Source of the DNA: an uncultured Flavobacteriales bacterium
GTDB lineage: Bacteria > Bacteroidota > Bacteroidia > Flavobacteriales > BACL11
Length of the DNA stretch: 63,150 bases
Direction: 5' to 3'
Assembly (NCBI GenBank): GCA_938073745.1
Contig: CALJFR010000001.1
Span: 1 to 63,150, forward strand
Shown here: positions 28,615 through 39,200 of the stretch, piece by piece
Layout of the letters: every line of letters begins with the position of its first letter
Position numbering within the stretch: position 1 is the stretch's first letter
Made by a program: the position numbers and the translations under genes
The notes under the pieces: model-generated
Seen by the model: only the letters and a program-made list of their open reading frames with translations
What the model was told of the DNA's origin: nothing
Database searches by the model: none

Positions 28615-29355
28615 ATGAAATCTGTCTTAACACAAATCGGGCAATATTTTTTAATGCTAAACAAAACATTTAGCTTTCCTGAAAAGAAAAGTGTTTTCTT
28701 AAAACAATTCAATCTTGAATTAGAAAAAATAGGTCTTAACTCTCTTGGGATTGTGACTATAATCTCATTTTTTATTGGAGCAGTTGTTAGTATTCAAACA
28801 GCATTTAACTTTGAAAGCCCAATATACCCTAAGTATTTAATTGGATATGCAACCAGAGAATCTTTGATTTTAGAATTTTGCCCAACAATGTTAGCTTTAA
28901 TATTAGCTGGTAAAGTGGGATCCAATATTGCATCTGAAATAGGATCCATGAGAGTCACAGAACAAATTGATGCATTAGAAATTATGGGTGTAAACTCTGC
29001 GTCATTTTTAATACTCCCGAAGATTTTTGCAACAGTACTTTTCTTCCCAATTTTAATTATCCTTAGCATAACTATTGGTTTAATTGGTGGATGGGTTGGA
29101 TGTCAAACTGCTGGAATTACTTCAGCAAGTTTTATGTATGGAATTAAATATGAATTTAATGCATTTTATGTTACTTATTGTTTAATCAAAATAACTGTTT
29201 TTGCATTTATCATTTCTTCGGTATCTTCTTATTTTGGATATTATACAAATGGTGGAGCGTTAGATGTTGGAAGGTCAAGTACAAAAGCAGTAGTATACAG
29301 TAGTATTATTGTTCTGATTTTTAATTTTCTTTTAACAGATTTACTATTAGCATGA
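28615..29355 (+). CDS. mlaE: MlaE-family ABC transporter permease
   Basis: 246 aa. RESLILEFCPTMLALILAGKVGSNIASEIGSMRVTEQIDALEIMGVN is the typical MlaE/Ttg2B core. Confidence 0.85.
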   Translation: MKSVLTQIGQYFLMLNKTFSFPEKKSVFLKQFNLELEKIGLNSLGIVTIISFFIGAVVSIQTAFNFESPIYPKYLIGYATRESLILEFCPTMLALILAGKVGSNIASEIGSMRVTEQIDALEIMGVNSASFLILPKIFATVLFFPILIILSITIGLIGGWVGCQTAGITSASFMYGIKYEFNAFYVTYCLIKITVFAFIISSVSSYFGYYTNGGALDVGRSSTKAVVYSSIIVLIFNFLLTDLLLA

Positions 29356-30101
29356 TTGAAATAAAAAATATACATAAATCTTTTGGAGACAATCATGTTC
29401 TAAATAACATTTCTTTCAAGTTTGAAAAAGGAAAAACCAATTTAATAATTGGAGAGAGCGGCTCTGGTAAAACAACACTTCTAAGGATATTAATAGGTTT
29501 GCACAAAATTGATCAAGGAGAAGTTTTATATGATGGAAGAGATTTTAATCAATTAAATTCAAAAGAAAAGAGAAAATTAAGACAAGAAATTGGTGTATTA
29601 TTTCAAAGAGGAGCATTATATGATTTTATGAATGTTGAAGAAAATATTATGTTTCCATTAACAATGTTTACAAATCAATCTTATGAAGAAAAAATTGAAA
29701 GAGTAAACAATTGTCTTGAAAGAGTAAATCTTCAAAATAACAATAATCTTAAAATCAGTGAACTAAGTGGCGGAATGATTAAAAGAGTATCTATTGCCAG
29801 AGCAATAGCTATGAAGCCAAAATATTTATTGTGTGACGAGCCAAATTCTGGACTTGATCCAAGAACTGCCATCATTATTGACAATTTGATTAAAGAAATT
29901 TCTATTGAAGATGACATTACAACAATTGTCAATACTCATGATATGAATTCTGTAATGGAAATAGGGGACTCTATTGCCTATATTAATAATGGTCAAATAA
30001 GTTGGACCGGAAACAAAGACGAGTTACTACAAAGCAATAATAAGCAGCTAAATAATTTTGTATTTGCATCAAAATTATTTAAAAGACTAAAGAATACATA
30101 A
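29352..30101 (+). CDS. mlaF: ABC transporter ATP-binding protein (MlaF-like)
   Basis: 249 aa. Walker A GESGSGKTT, signature LSGGMIKR, Walker B LLCDEPNSGLD. 4-nt overlap with the permease gene. Confidence 0.85.
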   Translation: MIEIKNIHKSFGDNHVLNNISFKFEKGKTNLIIGESGSGKTTLLRILIGLHKIDQGEVLYDGRDFNQLNSKEKRKLRQEIGVLFQRGALYDFMNVEENIMFPLTMFTNQSYEEKIERVNNCLERVNLQNNNNLKISELSGGMIKRVSIARAIAMKPKYLLCDEPNSGLDPRTAIIIDNLIKEISIEDDITTIVNTHDMNSVMEIGDSIAYINNGQISWTGNKDELLQSNNKQLNNFVFASKLFKRLKNT

Positions 30102-30863
30102 ATGAAGGCTGTTAGAGCTAAGAAATTTTTAGGACAACATTTTTTAATTAATGAGGAAATTGCAAAAAGAATCACAGATTTAATTTCGCATAACAATAAT
30201 ATAAATATTTTGGAGGTAGGGCCTGGGATGGGAGTTCTTACAAAGTATTTACATGATAAAAATATTAATCTTAAATTAGTAGAAATTGACAGAGAATCTG
30301 TCTTATATTTAAAAAATAAAATCCCTCAATTAAAAGACAATATTTTTGAAAAAGATTTCTTAAAAATAGATCTAAATAAAGTTTACAGCAAGAATCTCTC
30401 AATAATTGGAAACTTCCCTTACAATATCTCTTCACAAATTCTTTTTAAAGTTTATGAAAACTATCAAAAAGTAGATACTGTTGTGGGCATGTTTCAAAAG
30501 GAGGTTGCTGAAAGAGTGGCAAGCCATTCTGGTAGAAAAAAAGGTATTTTAAGTATCCTCCTTCAAACATTTTACGAAATAGAATATTGTTTTTCTGTTA
30601 ATGAGGACCAATTCTCCCCACCTCCTAAAGTTAAATCAGCGGTAATAAGACTTGTCAGAAATAAAAGAAAAAAAATTGATGTTGACTTAAGATCTTATAA
30701 AATGATTGTTAAGGCAGCATATAATCAAAGAAGAAAAACTATCAATAATGCATTAAAAAGTTTTAATTTAAAAAAAGACGATAAAATACAGCACCTACTA
30801 ACTTTAAGAGCAGAGAACTTATCCGTAAATGATTTTATAAATTTAACTTCAAACATTCAATAG
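30102..30863 (+). CDS. rsmA: 16S rRNA (adenine1518/1519-N6)-dimethyltransferase RsmA/KsgA
   Basis: 253 aa. KKFLGQHFLINEEIAKRI, VGPGMGVLT SAM motif, and GNFPYNISSQILF. Confidence 0.9.
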   Translation: MKAVRAKKFLGQHFLINEEIAKRITDLISHNNNINILEVGPGMGVLTKYLHDKNINLKLVEIDRESVLYLKNKIPQLKDNIFEKDFLKIDLNKVYSKNLSIIGNFPYNISSQILFKVYENYQKVDTVVGMFQKEVAERVASHSGRKKGILSILLQTFYEIEYCFSVNEDQFSPPPKVKSAVIRLVRNKRKKIDVDLRSYKMIVKAAYNQRRKTINNALKSFNLKKDDKIQHLLTLRAENLSVNDFINLTSNIQ

Positions 30864-30864
30864 C

Positions 30865-31788
30865 TTGAAAATAATTTTTATTGACTCCACTCACCCAAAG
30901 TTAAATGAAGATCTTAAATCTAGAGGATTTATTTGTGACCAAGCATTTGATAAGAGCAAGTCTGAAATTTTAAAAATAATAATGAATTACGATGGCTTAG
31001 TAATTAGGAGTCGATTTAAAATTGATAAAACTTTTATTAATGCCGCAAATAAATTAAAATTTATTGCTAGAGCTGGATCTGGAACTGAAAATATAGATAT
31101 TAAATATGCAGATAAAAAAAACATTAAATGTTTTAACGCTGCAGAAGGTAATCGGCAAGCTGTTGCTGAACATGCACTTGCAATGATTTTAAATTTACTA
31201 AATAACATTAGAGTTTCTGACCAAGAAATGAGAAAGGGTATTTGGAATAGAGAAAAAAATAGGGGATTTGAACTCTCAGGTAAAACTATTGGTATAATTG
31301 GCTTTGGTAATACAGGAAGTTCATTTGCAAAAATTCTTGAAAATTTTAATGTTAAAATACTGGCATATGACAAATACAAGAACAATTATAAGTTTAAGTC
31401 AAGTTTAGGTGAAATACTTGCAAATTCTGATATAATCAGTTTACATATTCCACTTACAGATGAAACAAAATACCTAGTTAATAAAGATTTTATTGATAAA
31501 GCAAAAAAACCATTTTATATAATTAATACTTCAAGAGGGCAATGTATTGAAACAAAAGCATTAATTAAAGGAATAAAAAATAAACAAATATTAGGTGCAT
31601 GCTTGGATGTATTTGAACAAGAAAAAAATTCGTTTGAAAGAATAAGGGGAAATGCAAGCTTGAAATACTTAATTGAATCTAACAAAACAATTCTTACTCC
31701 ACATATTGCAGGATGGACATTTGAAAGTAATTATAAGATTGCTGAAAAATTATCTGAAAAAATAATTAATCATGTTGAGAAAAGTTAG
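30865..31788 (+). CDS. D-isomer-specific 2-hydroxyacid dehydrogenase (phosphoglycerate dehydrogenase-like)
   Basis: 307 aa with a TTG start. GIIGFGNTGSSFA Rossmann motif. INTSRG and TPHIAGWT catalytic-region motifs. Confidence 0.8.
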   Translation: MKIIFIDSTHPKLNEDLKSRGFICDQAFDKSKSEILKIIMNYDGLVIRSRFKIDKTFINAANKLKFIARAGSGTENIDIKYADKKNIKCFNAAEGNRQAVAEHALAMILNLLNNIRVSDQEMRKGIWNREKNRGFELSGKTIGIIGFGNTGSSFAKILENFNVKILAYDKYKNNYKFKSSLGEILANSDIISLHIPLTDETKYLVNKDFIDKAKKPFYIINTSRGQCIETKALIKGIKNKQILGACLDVFEQEKNSFERIRGNASLKYLIESNKTILTPHIAGWTFESNYKIAEKLSEKIINHVEKS

Positions 31789-33568
31789 CCTTTATTAAAG
31801 AATCTAATTTGTTAGATATATTAGCTAAAGAGGATTTCTTTTCTTCAATTTCACATAAAATGGCATCACTACTTTGATGAAATTGAAATTTAACATTACT
31901 AAATAAATCTGAATAATAATTAATCCCTTCATTAAGATTATTTAAAAACTTAGTAAAATACTTCTCTTGTTTTTTACTAAACTCATTAGTTGATTCATCA
32001 AGTTTGTCACTAAAATACTTAATATACAATTCCAATTCTTTAACAAAAAAATGTGGTCTATCAAATCTGGTAATACTTTCTGCCATTCCATATATTTGTT
32101 TGGACATTTCTTGAAGACTCATATATTTAGAAAAATAAGCAAGATTAGGACCTGGACAAATGGAAACAGACTGACTTTCTTTTACATCAATTTTATTATT
32201 TAAAACTGCTGGTGCCGCAAGTCCCATACACAAACAAGTCTTTTCATAAACTTTATTTAGATTAATTGTATTATCTAAGCCAGACTCTTTAATCTTTATT
32301 TTTTGAAATTTTCTAGATGCAGAACAAATCCCTTGCTTATCATATGCTTTACTAAGAGCTAAAAATCTTCTTGGGCAAGAACTACCAGGTTTACCATTAC
32401 TGATTTTTTCATTTCTTTCAAGATCTTTGGAATTATTTCTCAAATTATTAAATGGCACACCTAACGGCGAAACATTACTTAAGTACAAATCTTTTTCTTT
32501 TGCTTTTAATAATTTATCTCTAGTTTGATCATCAACTGTGGTTACTTCCGGCACAAGTAGAAATGGAGTTCCCCATCCAACAGAATCTAAGTTATAATGA
32601 TCAATTAAAAAACTTTGCTCATCAGGTGTTCCAACTCCTCCTTGAGCAGTAATCTTTATAGGTAAAATGTTTTTTGGAATGACTCTTTCAGCAGAAGCTA
32701 ATCCAGATAATAACACCTCATATGTTTGTTTTATCAACTCATCTTTATTGTCACGAAACTCCGACAAAATTGGACCCATTAATAGGCCATCAGTTGCAAA
32801 AGCATGACCTCCACAATTTAAACCAGATTCAATCCTATATTCAGATACCCATAAACCTTTTTTTGCTAAAAACTTTCCTTGAATAATAGCTGATCTGTAA
32901 TCGCTAACCTTTAAAACTATTTTTTTCTTTATGTAACCATTTTCATTTGGATAGAAATCATCAAAATTACTTATATATCCATATAGTCTAGGATTCATTC
33001 CGGCAGAAAAAATAACTGAAGAAGCTAAATTACTTTTTGCATAGCCTCTTAATGCTGCATGGGCATCATTATACTCAACAGATAATTCTTCATTATTGAA
33101 AAAATTTGATTTATCAACTTTAGTCATAATATTAACATCAATACTTCCTAACGTCAAATTTTCACTCAACCACTTTTTTAATTCTTCGAAACTAAATGAG
33201 TTATCAATTAAAGTGTAGAACTCAGATTTTATATCAGAACTATTTGGGAGTAATGAAAAATATTTTTTTATTTCATCAAATTTTTCTTTTGTAGATTCTG
33301 TGAACTCCTCATATTTCTTTTGAGTGAGCTCATTTATTAAATTTAAATAGGATGTTATTCTATTTGCTCTATGATCCTTAATGGACTTTTTTATCTCGGT
33401 ATAATCAAAGCCATGCTTCTCACTATATACCTTCCTTAATCTCTCAAGCAAAACATCATCAACAATTGAAATAACCGAGTCTATTCCATACTGAGCGACT
33501 TTTAATGGAGTATCGGCAGTGAAGGCAGTTCCCATTACAGGAATATGAAAAGTATGAGTTTGTTTCAT
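31766..33568 (-). CDS. conserved hypothetical protein, 600 aa; possible NMO/IMPDH-like TIM-barrel region
   Basis: Long clean ORF, 34 nt downstream of aspartate kinase on the same strand. ITAQGGVGTPDEQSFL..DSVGWGTPFLLVPE loosely resembles the FMN-barrel GG..G/..MGT.FL motif of nitronate monooxygenase-type proteins. Also a GLNCGGHAF motif. No firm family. Confidence 0.75.
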   Translation of the reverse strand: MKQTHTFHIPVMGTAFTADTPLKVAQYGIDSVISIVDDVLLERLRKVYSEKHGFDYTEIKKSIKDHRANRITSYLNLINELTQKKYEEFTESTKEKFDEIKKYFSLLPNSSDIKSEFYTLIDNSFSFEELKKWLSENLTLGSIDVNIMTKVDKSNFFNNEELSVEYNDAHAALRGYAKSNLASSVIFSAGMNPRLYGYISNFDDFYPNENGYIKKKIVLKVSDYRSAIIQGKFLAKKGLWVSEYRIESGLNCGGHAFATDGLLMGPILSEFRDNKDELIKQTYEVLLSGLASAERVIPKNILPIKITAQGGVGTPDEQSFLIDHYNLDSVGWGTPFLLVPEVTTVDDQTRDKLLKAKEKDLYLSNVSPLGVPFNNLRNNSKDLERNEKISNGKPGSSCPRRFLALSKAYDKQGICSASRKFQKIKIKESGLDNTINLNKVYEKTCLCMGLAAPAVLNNKIDVKESQSVSICPGPNLAYFSKYMSLQEMSKQIYGMAESITRFDRPHFFVKELELYIKYFSDKLDESTNEFSKKQEKYFTKFLNNLNEGINYYSDLFSNVKFQFHQSSDAILCEIEEKKSSLANISNKLDSLIKANFSQHD

Positions 33569-33602
33569 TATTTGTTATCTTGGCAAATATATCATACTTA
33601 AT

Positions 33603-34847
33603 TTAAGAAGTGATGAACTGGACTGTATTTCTACTCTTTTGCTCAAGAAATATTTTTTTATCACTTATTACTTTTGAAATAGATTCATCATCATAATAAC
33701 GAATAGTATATAAATTCAAATCCATATTGTAGTAGACACTAAATTTTTTTGATAGTTCTTCAATTAACAATGGAATCTTATGATTATGATTATCAACACA
33801 TATTGAAAAACTAACTGCAGAATTTTGCATTAAATTTATTGTAATGTTGAACTTAGATAAAAGCATAAATATATAGCTTAAATGCTCTTCTATGATAAAA
33901 GACAAATCTAAATCTGAAATGGATATAAGAACCTGATTTTCTTTAACAATATATGATGGCTTTTTGTTATTATTAATTTCACTATTAATAATAGTTCCTG
34001 ATTTATTTACGTCTTTAAAAGATCTTACATGTAGAGGGATTTTTTTTTCTTTTAAAGGTTGAATCGTTTTTGGATGAATAACCTTTGCTCCATAATAGGC
34101 AAGCTCAATAGCATCTGTAAAAGATAGTTGTTTAATCAATTGAGTTTCAGAAAAAAATCTTGGATCTGCGTTTAAAACTCCCTCAACATCCTTCCATATA
34201 ATAACTTTTTCTGCATTTAAAATATTAGCTAAGACAGCAGCTGTAAAATCAGACCCTTCTCTTCCTAAAGTTGTAGTAAAGTTTTCAGATGTACAACCAA
34301 TAAAACCTTGGGTTACCACTGGAAAATCTTTTATCTTTTCCTTAATACATTTATCAGTTAATTCCCAGTTTATCTTTGCGGATTGATATTGATTATCTGT
34401 TTTAAAAACATCTCTTGCATCCAGTAAATTATTACTAAAATCATTTAATTCTAAATACGCACTTAAAATATTAGTTGATAATAGCTCGCCTACGGAAACA
34501 ATTTGATCGTAATTATAAGAATATTCATTGTTATATTCTTCTTCTAATACCCATTCAATTTCTAAAAATAAATTATTTACCGTATCAAAAATAATGTGTT
34601 CTTTTTCAAACAAGTCAATTAAAATATTGTGATGAAGTTCTTTTATTTGATTTAAAGTGACTAAAGGATTTGAGTCTTGCTTAACAAATTCATAAACAAC
34701 TTTTTCAAGCATATTAGTAACATTTGCAATTGCCGAAAATACAACAACTAATTTTTGATTTTTAAAAGACTGGATAATTGAAACAACATTTTTTATTGAA
34801 CCTACATCTTGAATTGAAGCGCCTCCAAATTTTAAAACCTTTGTCAT
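33603..34847 (-). CDS. lysC: aspartate kinase
   Basis: MTKVLKFGGASIQD kinase N-terminus, TTLGREGSDFTAA, and C-terminal ACT-like domains. I place the start at ATG 34847 rather than TTG 34877, because a TAnnTTTG box lies inside the extension. Confidence 0.9.
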   Translation of the reverse strand: MTKVLKFGGASIQDVGSIKNVVSIIQSFKNQKLVVVFSAIANVTNMLEKVVYEFVKQDSNPLVTLNQIKELHHNILIDLFEKEHIIFDTVNNLFLEIEWVLEEEYNNEYSYNYDQIVSVGELLSTNILSAYLELNDFSNNLLDARDVFKTDNQYQSAKINWELTDKCIKEKIKDFPVVTQGFIGCTSENFTTTLGREGSDFTAAVLANILNAEKVIIWKDVEGVLNADPRFFSETQLIKQLSFTDAIELAYYGAKVIHPKTIQPLKEKKIPLHVRSFKDVNKSGTIINSEINNNKKPSYIVKENQVLISISDLDLSFIIEEHLSYIFMLLSKFNITINLMQNSAVSFSICVDNHNHKIPLLIEELSKKFSVYYNMDLNLYTIRYYDDESISKVISDKKIFLEQKSRNTVQFITS

Positions 34848-34865
34848 ATAATAAATTTCCCATAA

Positions 34866-34873
34866 CAAAGTTA
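34866..34873 (-). promoter_or_regulatory. candidate -7 promoter box (TAACTTTG on minus strand)
   Basis: Plus strand reads CAAAGTTA, 18 nt upstream of ATG 34847. Confidence 0.4.
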
Positions 34874-34921
34874 ACAATTGTTTTACGATTTAATTGAGGA
34901 AAATATTGGATATTTGTAACA

Positions 34922-36112
34922 ATGAAAGTAGCATTATTAACTTCTGGTGGAATAGCACCATGTTTATCCGCTTCAATTGGAAGACTAGTTGAAAATTATA
35001 TTAAAAAGTATCCTAATATTGAAATTATTGGCTACCTCAACGGATACAAGGGCCTTTTGCAAGGCAAAAAAATTTCATTTCCAAAAAGTATTATTAAAAA
35101 CATCTCTAGTTTTTACACATTTGGAGGCTCTCCTTTAGGAAATAGTCGCGTAAAACTTACTAATATAGAAGACTGTATTAGTAAAGGTTATATAAAAAAA
35201 GATCAAAATCCTTTAAAAATAGCTGCTGATCAGCTCGTTAAAGATAAAATCTCAATTTTACATACTATTGGTGGAGATGATACAAATACAACGGCTGCAG
35301 ATCTCTCTGCATACTTGAAAGAACATAACTACAGCTTAACAGTTGTTGGACTTCCTAAGACTGTAGATAATGACGTTTTTCCTATATCTCAAACATTAGG
35401 AGCTTGGACCGCTGCAGAGCAGGGCGCGATTTTTTTTGAAAATATTGTGAATGAAAATACAACAAGTGATCGACAATTAATCATACATGAAGTGATGGGC
35501 AGACATTGTGGTTGGCTTACTGCTGCAACTGCACATGAGTACAGAAAAAGATTAACCAATTTTTCATTTTTAAATGAAATAAATGTTTGTAAGAAAAAAT
35601 GGGATATTCATTCAATTTTAATTCCTGAAAAAGATATTGATTTTGAAAAGGAATGCAACAGATTAAATCAAGTTATGGAAAAATATGATTGTGTAAATAT
35701 TTTCTTAAGTGAAGGTGCTGGCCTAAATACGATAGTTAATGAAAAGGAAAAACTAGGAAATAAAATTGAAAGAGATGCTTTTGGGCATGTAAGGTTAGAT
35801 GATTTGAATCCTGGGAAATGGTTTGCAAAAGAATTTTCTAAAAGATTAAAAGCTAATAAAGTACTTATTCAAAAAAGTGGCTATTTCAGTAGATCGGCTA
35901 AGGCTAATGCAAAAGATCTAAAGTTAATATTTGATTGTGCTGATCTAGCTATGGTTAGTGCTATAAATGGTAAAAGCGGGGTAGTTGGTTTGGATGAGGA
36001 CAACAGCAATCATTTGTCATGTATAGATTTCAAAAGAATTAAAGGCGGTAAGCCTTTTGACATAAATCAATCTTGGTATACCCAAATGATTGATGAAATA
36101 AATATCATTTAG
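34922..36112 (+). CDS. pfp: phosphofructokinase, predicted pyrophosphate-dependent type
   Basis: 396 aa. PFK family blocks MKVALLTSGGIAPCL, IGGDDTNTTA and LPKTVDNDV. The GGDD and PKT residues correspond to the Asp/Lys pair associated with PPi rather than ATP use. Confidence 0.8.
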   Translation: MKVALLTSGGIAPCLSASIGRLVENYIKKYPNIEIIGYLNGYKGLLQGKKISFPKSIIKNISSFYTFGGSPLGNSRVKLTNIEDCISKGYIKKDQNPLKIAADQLVKDKISILHTIGGDDTNTTAADLSAYLKEHNYSLTVVGLPKTVDNDVFPISQTLGAWTAAEQGAIFFENIVNENTTSDRQLIIHEVMGRHCGWLTAATAHEYRKRLTNFSFLNEINVCKKKWDIHSILIPEKDIDFEKECNRLNQVMEKYDCVNIFLSEGAGLNTIVNEKEKLGNKIERDAFGHVRLDDLNPGKWFAKEFSKRLKANKVLIQKSGYFSRSAKANAKDLKLIFDCADLAMVSAINGKSGVVGLDEDNSNHLSCIDFKRIKGGKPFDINQSWYTQMIDEINII

Positions 36113-36254
36113 AAACAAATTTTTTAACAGTACAATCCAAAAATATTTTCAAAATAATAGGGTTCTAAATGAACTGAAAGATGCTCTGGATTCAGAGTAC
36201 AACAATATTTCTTTTGAAGGAGCTTATGGCTCATCATTAGCTGTTTACTCTTCC

Positions 36255-39200
36255 TTGGCTTTAAAAACAACAACAAAACCAAATATTTTCATTTTAAAAG
36301 ATAAAGAAGAGGCCTATTACTTTATAAATGATTTAGAAAATATTTTAGAAAGAAAAGTGCTTTTTTTTCCCGAATCTTATAGAAGAACGTATCAGTTTAG
36401 TGAAACTGATAATTCTAATATTTTACTTAGAGCAGAGGTTTTAAATAAATTAAATAGCAATAAGAAACCCATAATAATAACTTACCCAGAGGCTTTGTCA
36501 GAAAAAGTTATCAGTAGAAATGAGCTTAGAAAACAAACTATAAAACTTCATATAAGTCAAACTTGCGACATAGAAAATCTAATTGAAGAATTAGAAAAAA
36601 TGAATTTTAAACAAAGTGATTTTGTTACAGATCCGGGACAATTTTCAATTAGAGGAGGTATTGTTGATGTATTTTCTTTTGCAAATGAATACCCCTATAG
36701 AATTGAATTCAATGAAGATGAATTAGAAAGTATTCGAACATTTGATATTAACTCTCAACTATCAATAGAAAACCATAAGAAGGTTACAATCATCCCAAAT
36801 ACAGAGGCTAAGAAAACTAATTCTAAAAAAACTAGCTTTATTAATTATCTACCAAGTAATTCCCAATTATGGATAAAAGATATTGCTTTTATAAGTGGTA
36901 AAATTGATGATATTTTTCGAAAATCACAAAATGAATCTGAAAGAAAAAATGAAAATATAAAATTAGATTTTAACGATTTATTTTTTAGTATATCAGATTT
37001 TATTAATGAAATAAAAAATTATAAAATAATTGAGCTTGAAAGACCAATACTTAATCCTTTAAAAATTGTTTCACTAAACATCTCTCCACTTACAATATTT
37101 AATAAAAATATAGAATTGTTAATAGAAAAATTAAAAATTAACATTCAAAAAAATACTAAAAGCATTATTGCTTGCTCTACAAAAGAACAACAAGAAAGGT
37201 TTTTTAGTCTTTTTGAAGAAAAATTTGATTATTCTAAAATTGATATAATTCATTTTTCAATTCATGAGGGATTTAAGGACCATGAAAATAAAATAGAAAT
37301 TTTCACAGATCATCAAATCTTTAATCGATTTCATAAATTTAAATCTAAGACTAAATTTAGTGATAAGCAAATCATAACATTAAACCAACTAACTAATCTT
37401 AGAATTGGAGATTATGTCACTCATATTGATCATGGTATTGGGCAATTTAGTGGCTTACACAAGATGACAAACAATGACAAACAACAAGAGGTAATTAAGC
37501 TTACTTATAAAGGGGGAGACATCTTGTACATAAGTATTCATTCTTTACACAAAATTTCTAAGTATTCTGCAAAAGAAGGACGTGAACCGAAGATTAATCA
37601 GCTTGGCACACCTAGCTGGACAAAAGCAAAAGAAAAAACAAAAACAAAAATTAAAAAAATTGCATTTGATTTAATCACATTATATGCAAAAAGAAAAAAA
37701 AATAAAGGATTCGCTTATTCTCCAGACACCTACCTGCAAAACGAATTAGAATCATCATTTATATATGAAGATACACCGGATCAAAATAAGGCTACCATTG
37801 CTATCAAAAAAGATATGGAAAAACAGATGCCAATGGATAGATTAATCTGTGGTGATGTTGGATTTGGGAAAACAGAAATTGCTGTTAGAGCTGCATTTAA
37901 AGCTGTAGCAGATAATAAACAAGTTGCTATTCTTGTTCCCACTACAATTCTTGCCCTACAACATTATAAAACATTTGTTAAGAGATTAAGTAAATTCCCC
38001 TGTGAAATAGATTATCTGAACAGATTTAGGTCAAAAAAAGAACAAAACAATATAATTAATAAGATTTCAGAAGGAAAAATTGATATTATAATTGGTACTC
38101 ATAGAATTGTCGGAAAAGATATAAAATTTAGTGATTTAGGTTTACTTATTATAGATGAAGAACAAAAATTTGGAGTAAATATTAAAGATAAATTAAAATC
38201 TTTTAAAGCAAATATTGATACTTTAACATTAACAGCAACACCAATTCCAAGAACATTACAATTCTCTTTGTTAGGTGCTCGCGATCTTTCAATTATAAAT
38301 ACCCCTCCTCCAAATCGACAAAGCATTCAAACAAAAATTATTGGACTAAATGAAGATATTATAAGAAATGCAATCATGTATGAGATATCAAGAAATGGTC
38401 AAGTATTTTTTGTCCATAATAGAATTGAAAACATAAATGAAATTGCGAATTTTTTAAATAGATTATGTCCTGAGGCTAAAATTAAAATTGGGCATGGACA
38501 AATGGAGGGCAATAAAATTGAATCTTTGATGAGCGAATTTGTCGAGGGAGAATTTGACGTTCTAGTCTCAACAACAATTATTGAAAATGGGGTAGATATT
38601 CCAAATGCAAATACAATAATTATTAATAATTCTCAAAATTTTGGATTGAGTGATTTACATCAAATGAGAGGAAGAGTTGGTAGAAGTAATAAAAAAGCTT
38701 TTTGCTTTCTAATAAGCCCACCAACTCATCAGATCTCTGATGATTCAAGAAAAAGATTAAACGCTTTAGAACAATTTTCAAATATTGGAAGTGGATTTAA
38801 AATTGCAATGAGAGATTTAGACATTAGAGGTGCTGGTGATTTGTTAGGCGCTGATCAAAGTGGATTTATAAATGAAATTGGTTATGAAATGTATCAAAGA
38901 ATACTTGATGAAGCTATTGAAGAGCTTAAAGAAGAAAAATTTCAAAATCTTTTCAAAGATGAAAAGAAAAAATTCACAGTAAAAGATTGTCAGCTTGATA
39001 CTGATAAAGAAGTTTTAATTCCAGATGACTATGTATCTAATATTGAAGAAAGACTTAATCTATACAAAGAACTAAACCAAATTAAAGACAATGACAATCT
39101 CATAAGTTTCGAAAAAAAACTAATAGATCGTTTTGGAAAACTTCCTGATAAAATATCAATTTTATTTAATGCAATAAAATTAAGATGGGCTGGTAAAAAA

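Noticed and set aside
34848-34921. Possible lysine riboswitch upstream of aspartate kinase.
   Set aside because: The whole divergent lysC/pfp intergenic region is only 74 nt. That is far too short for an L-box, and it contains no conserved L-box elements that I can see.
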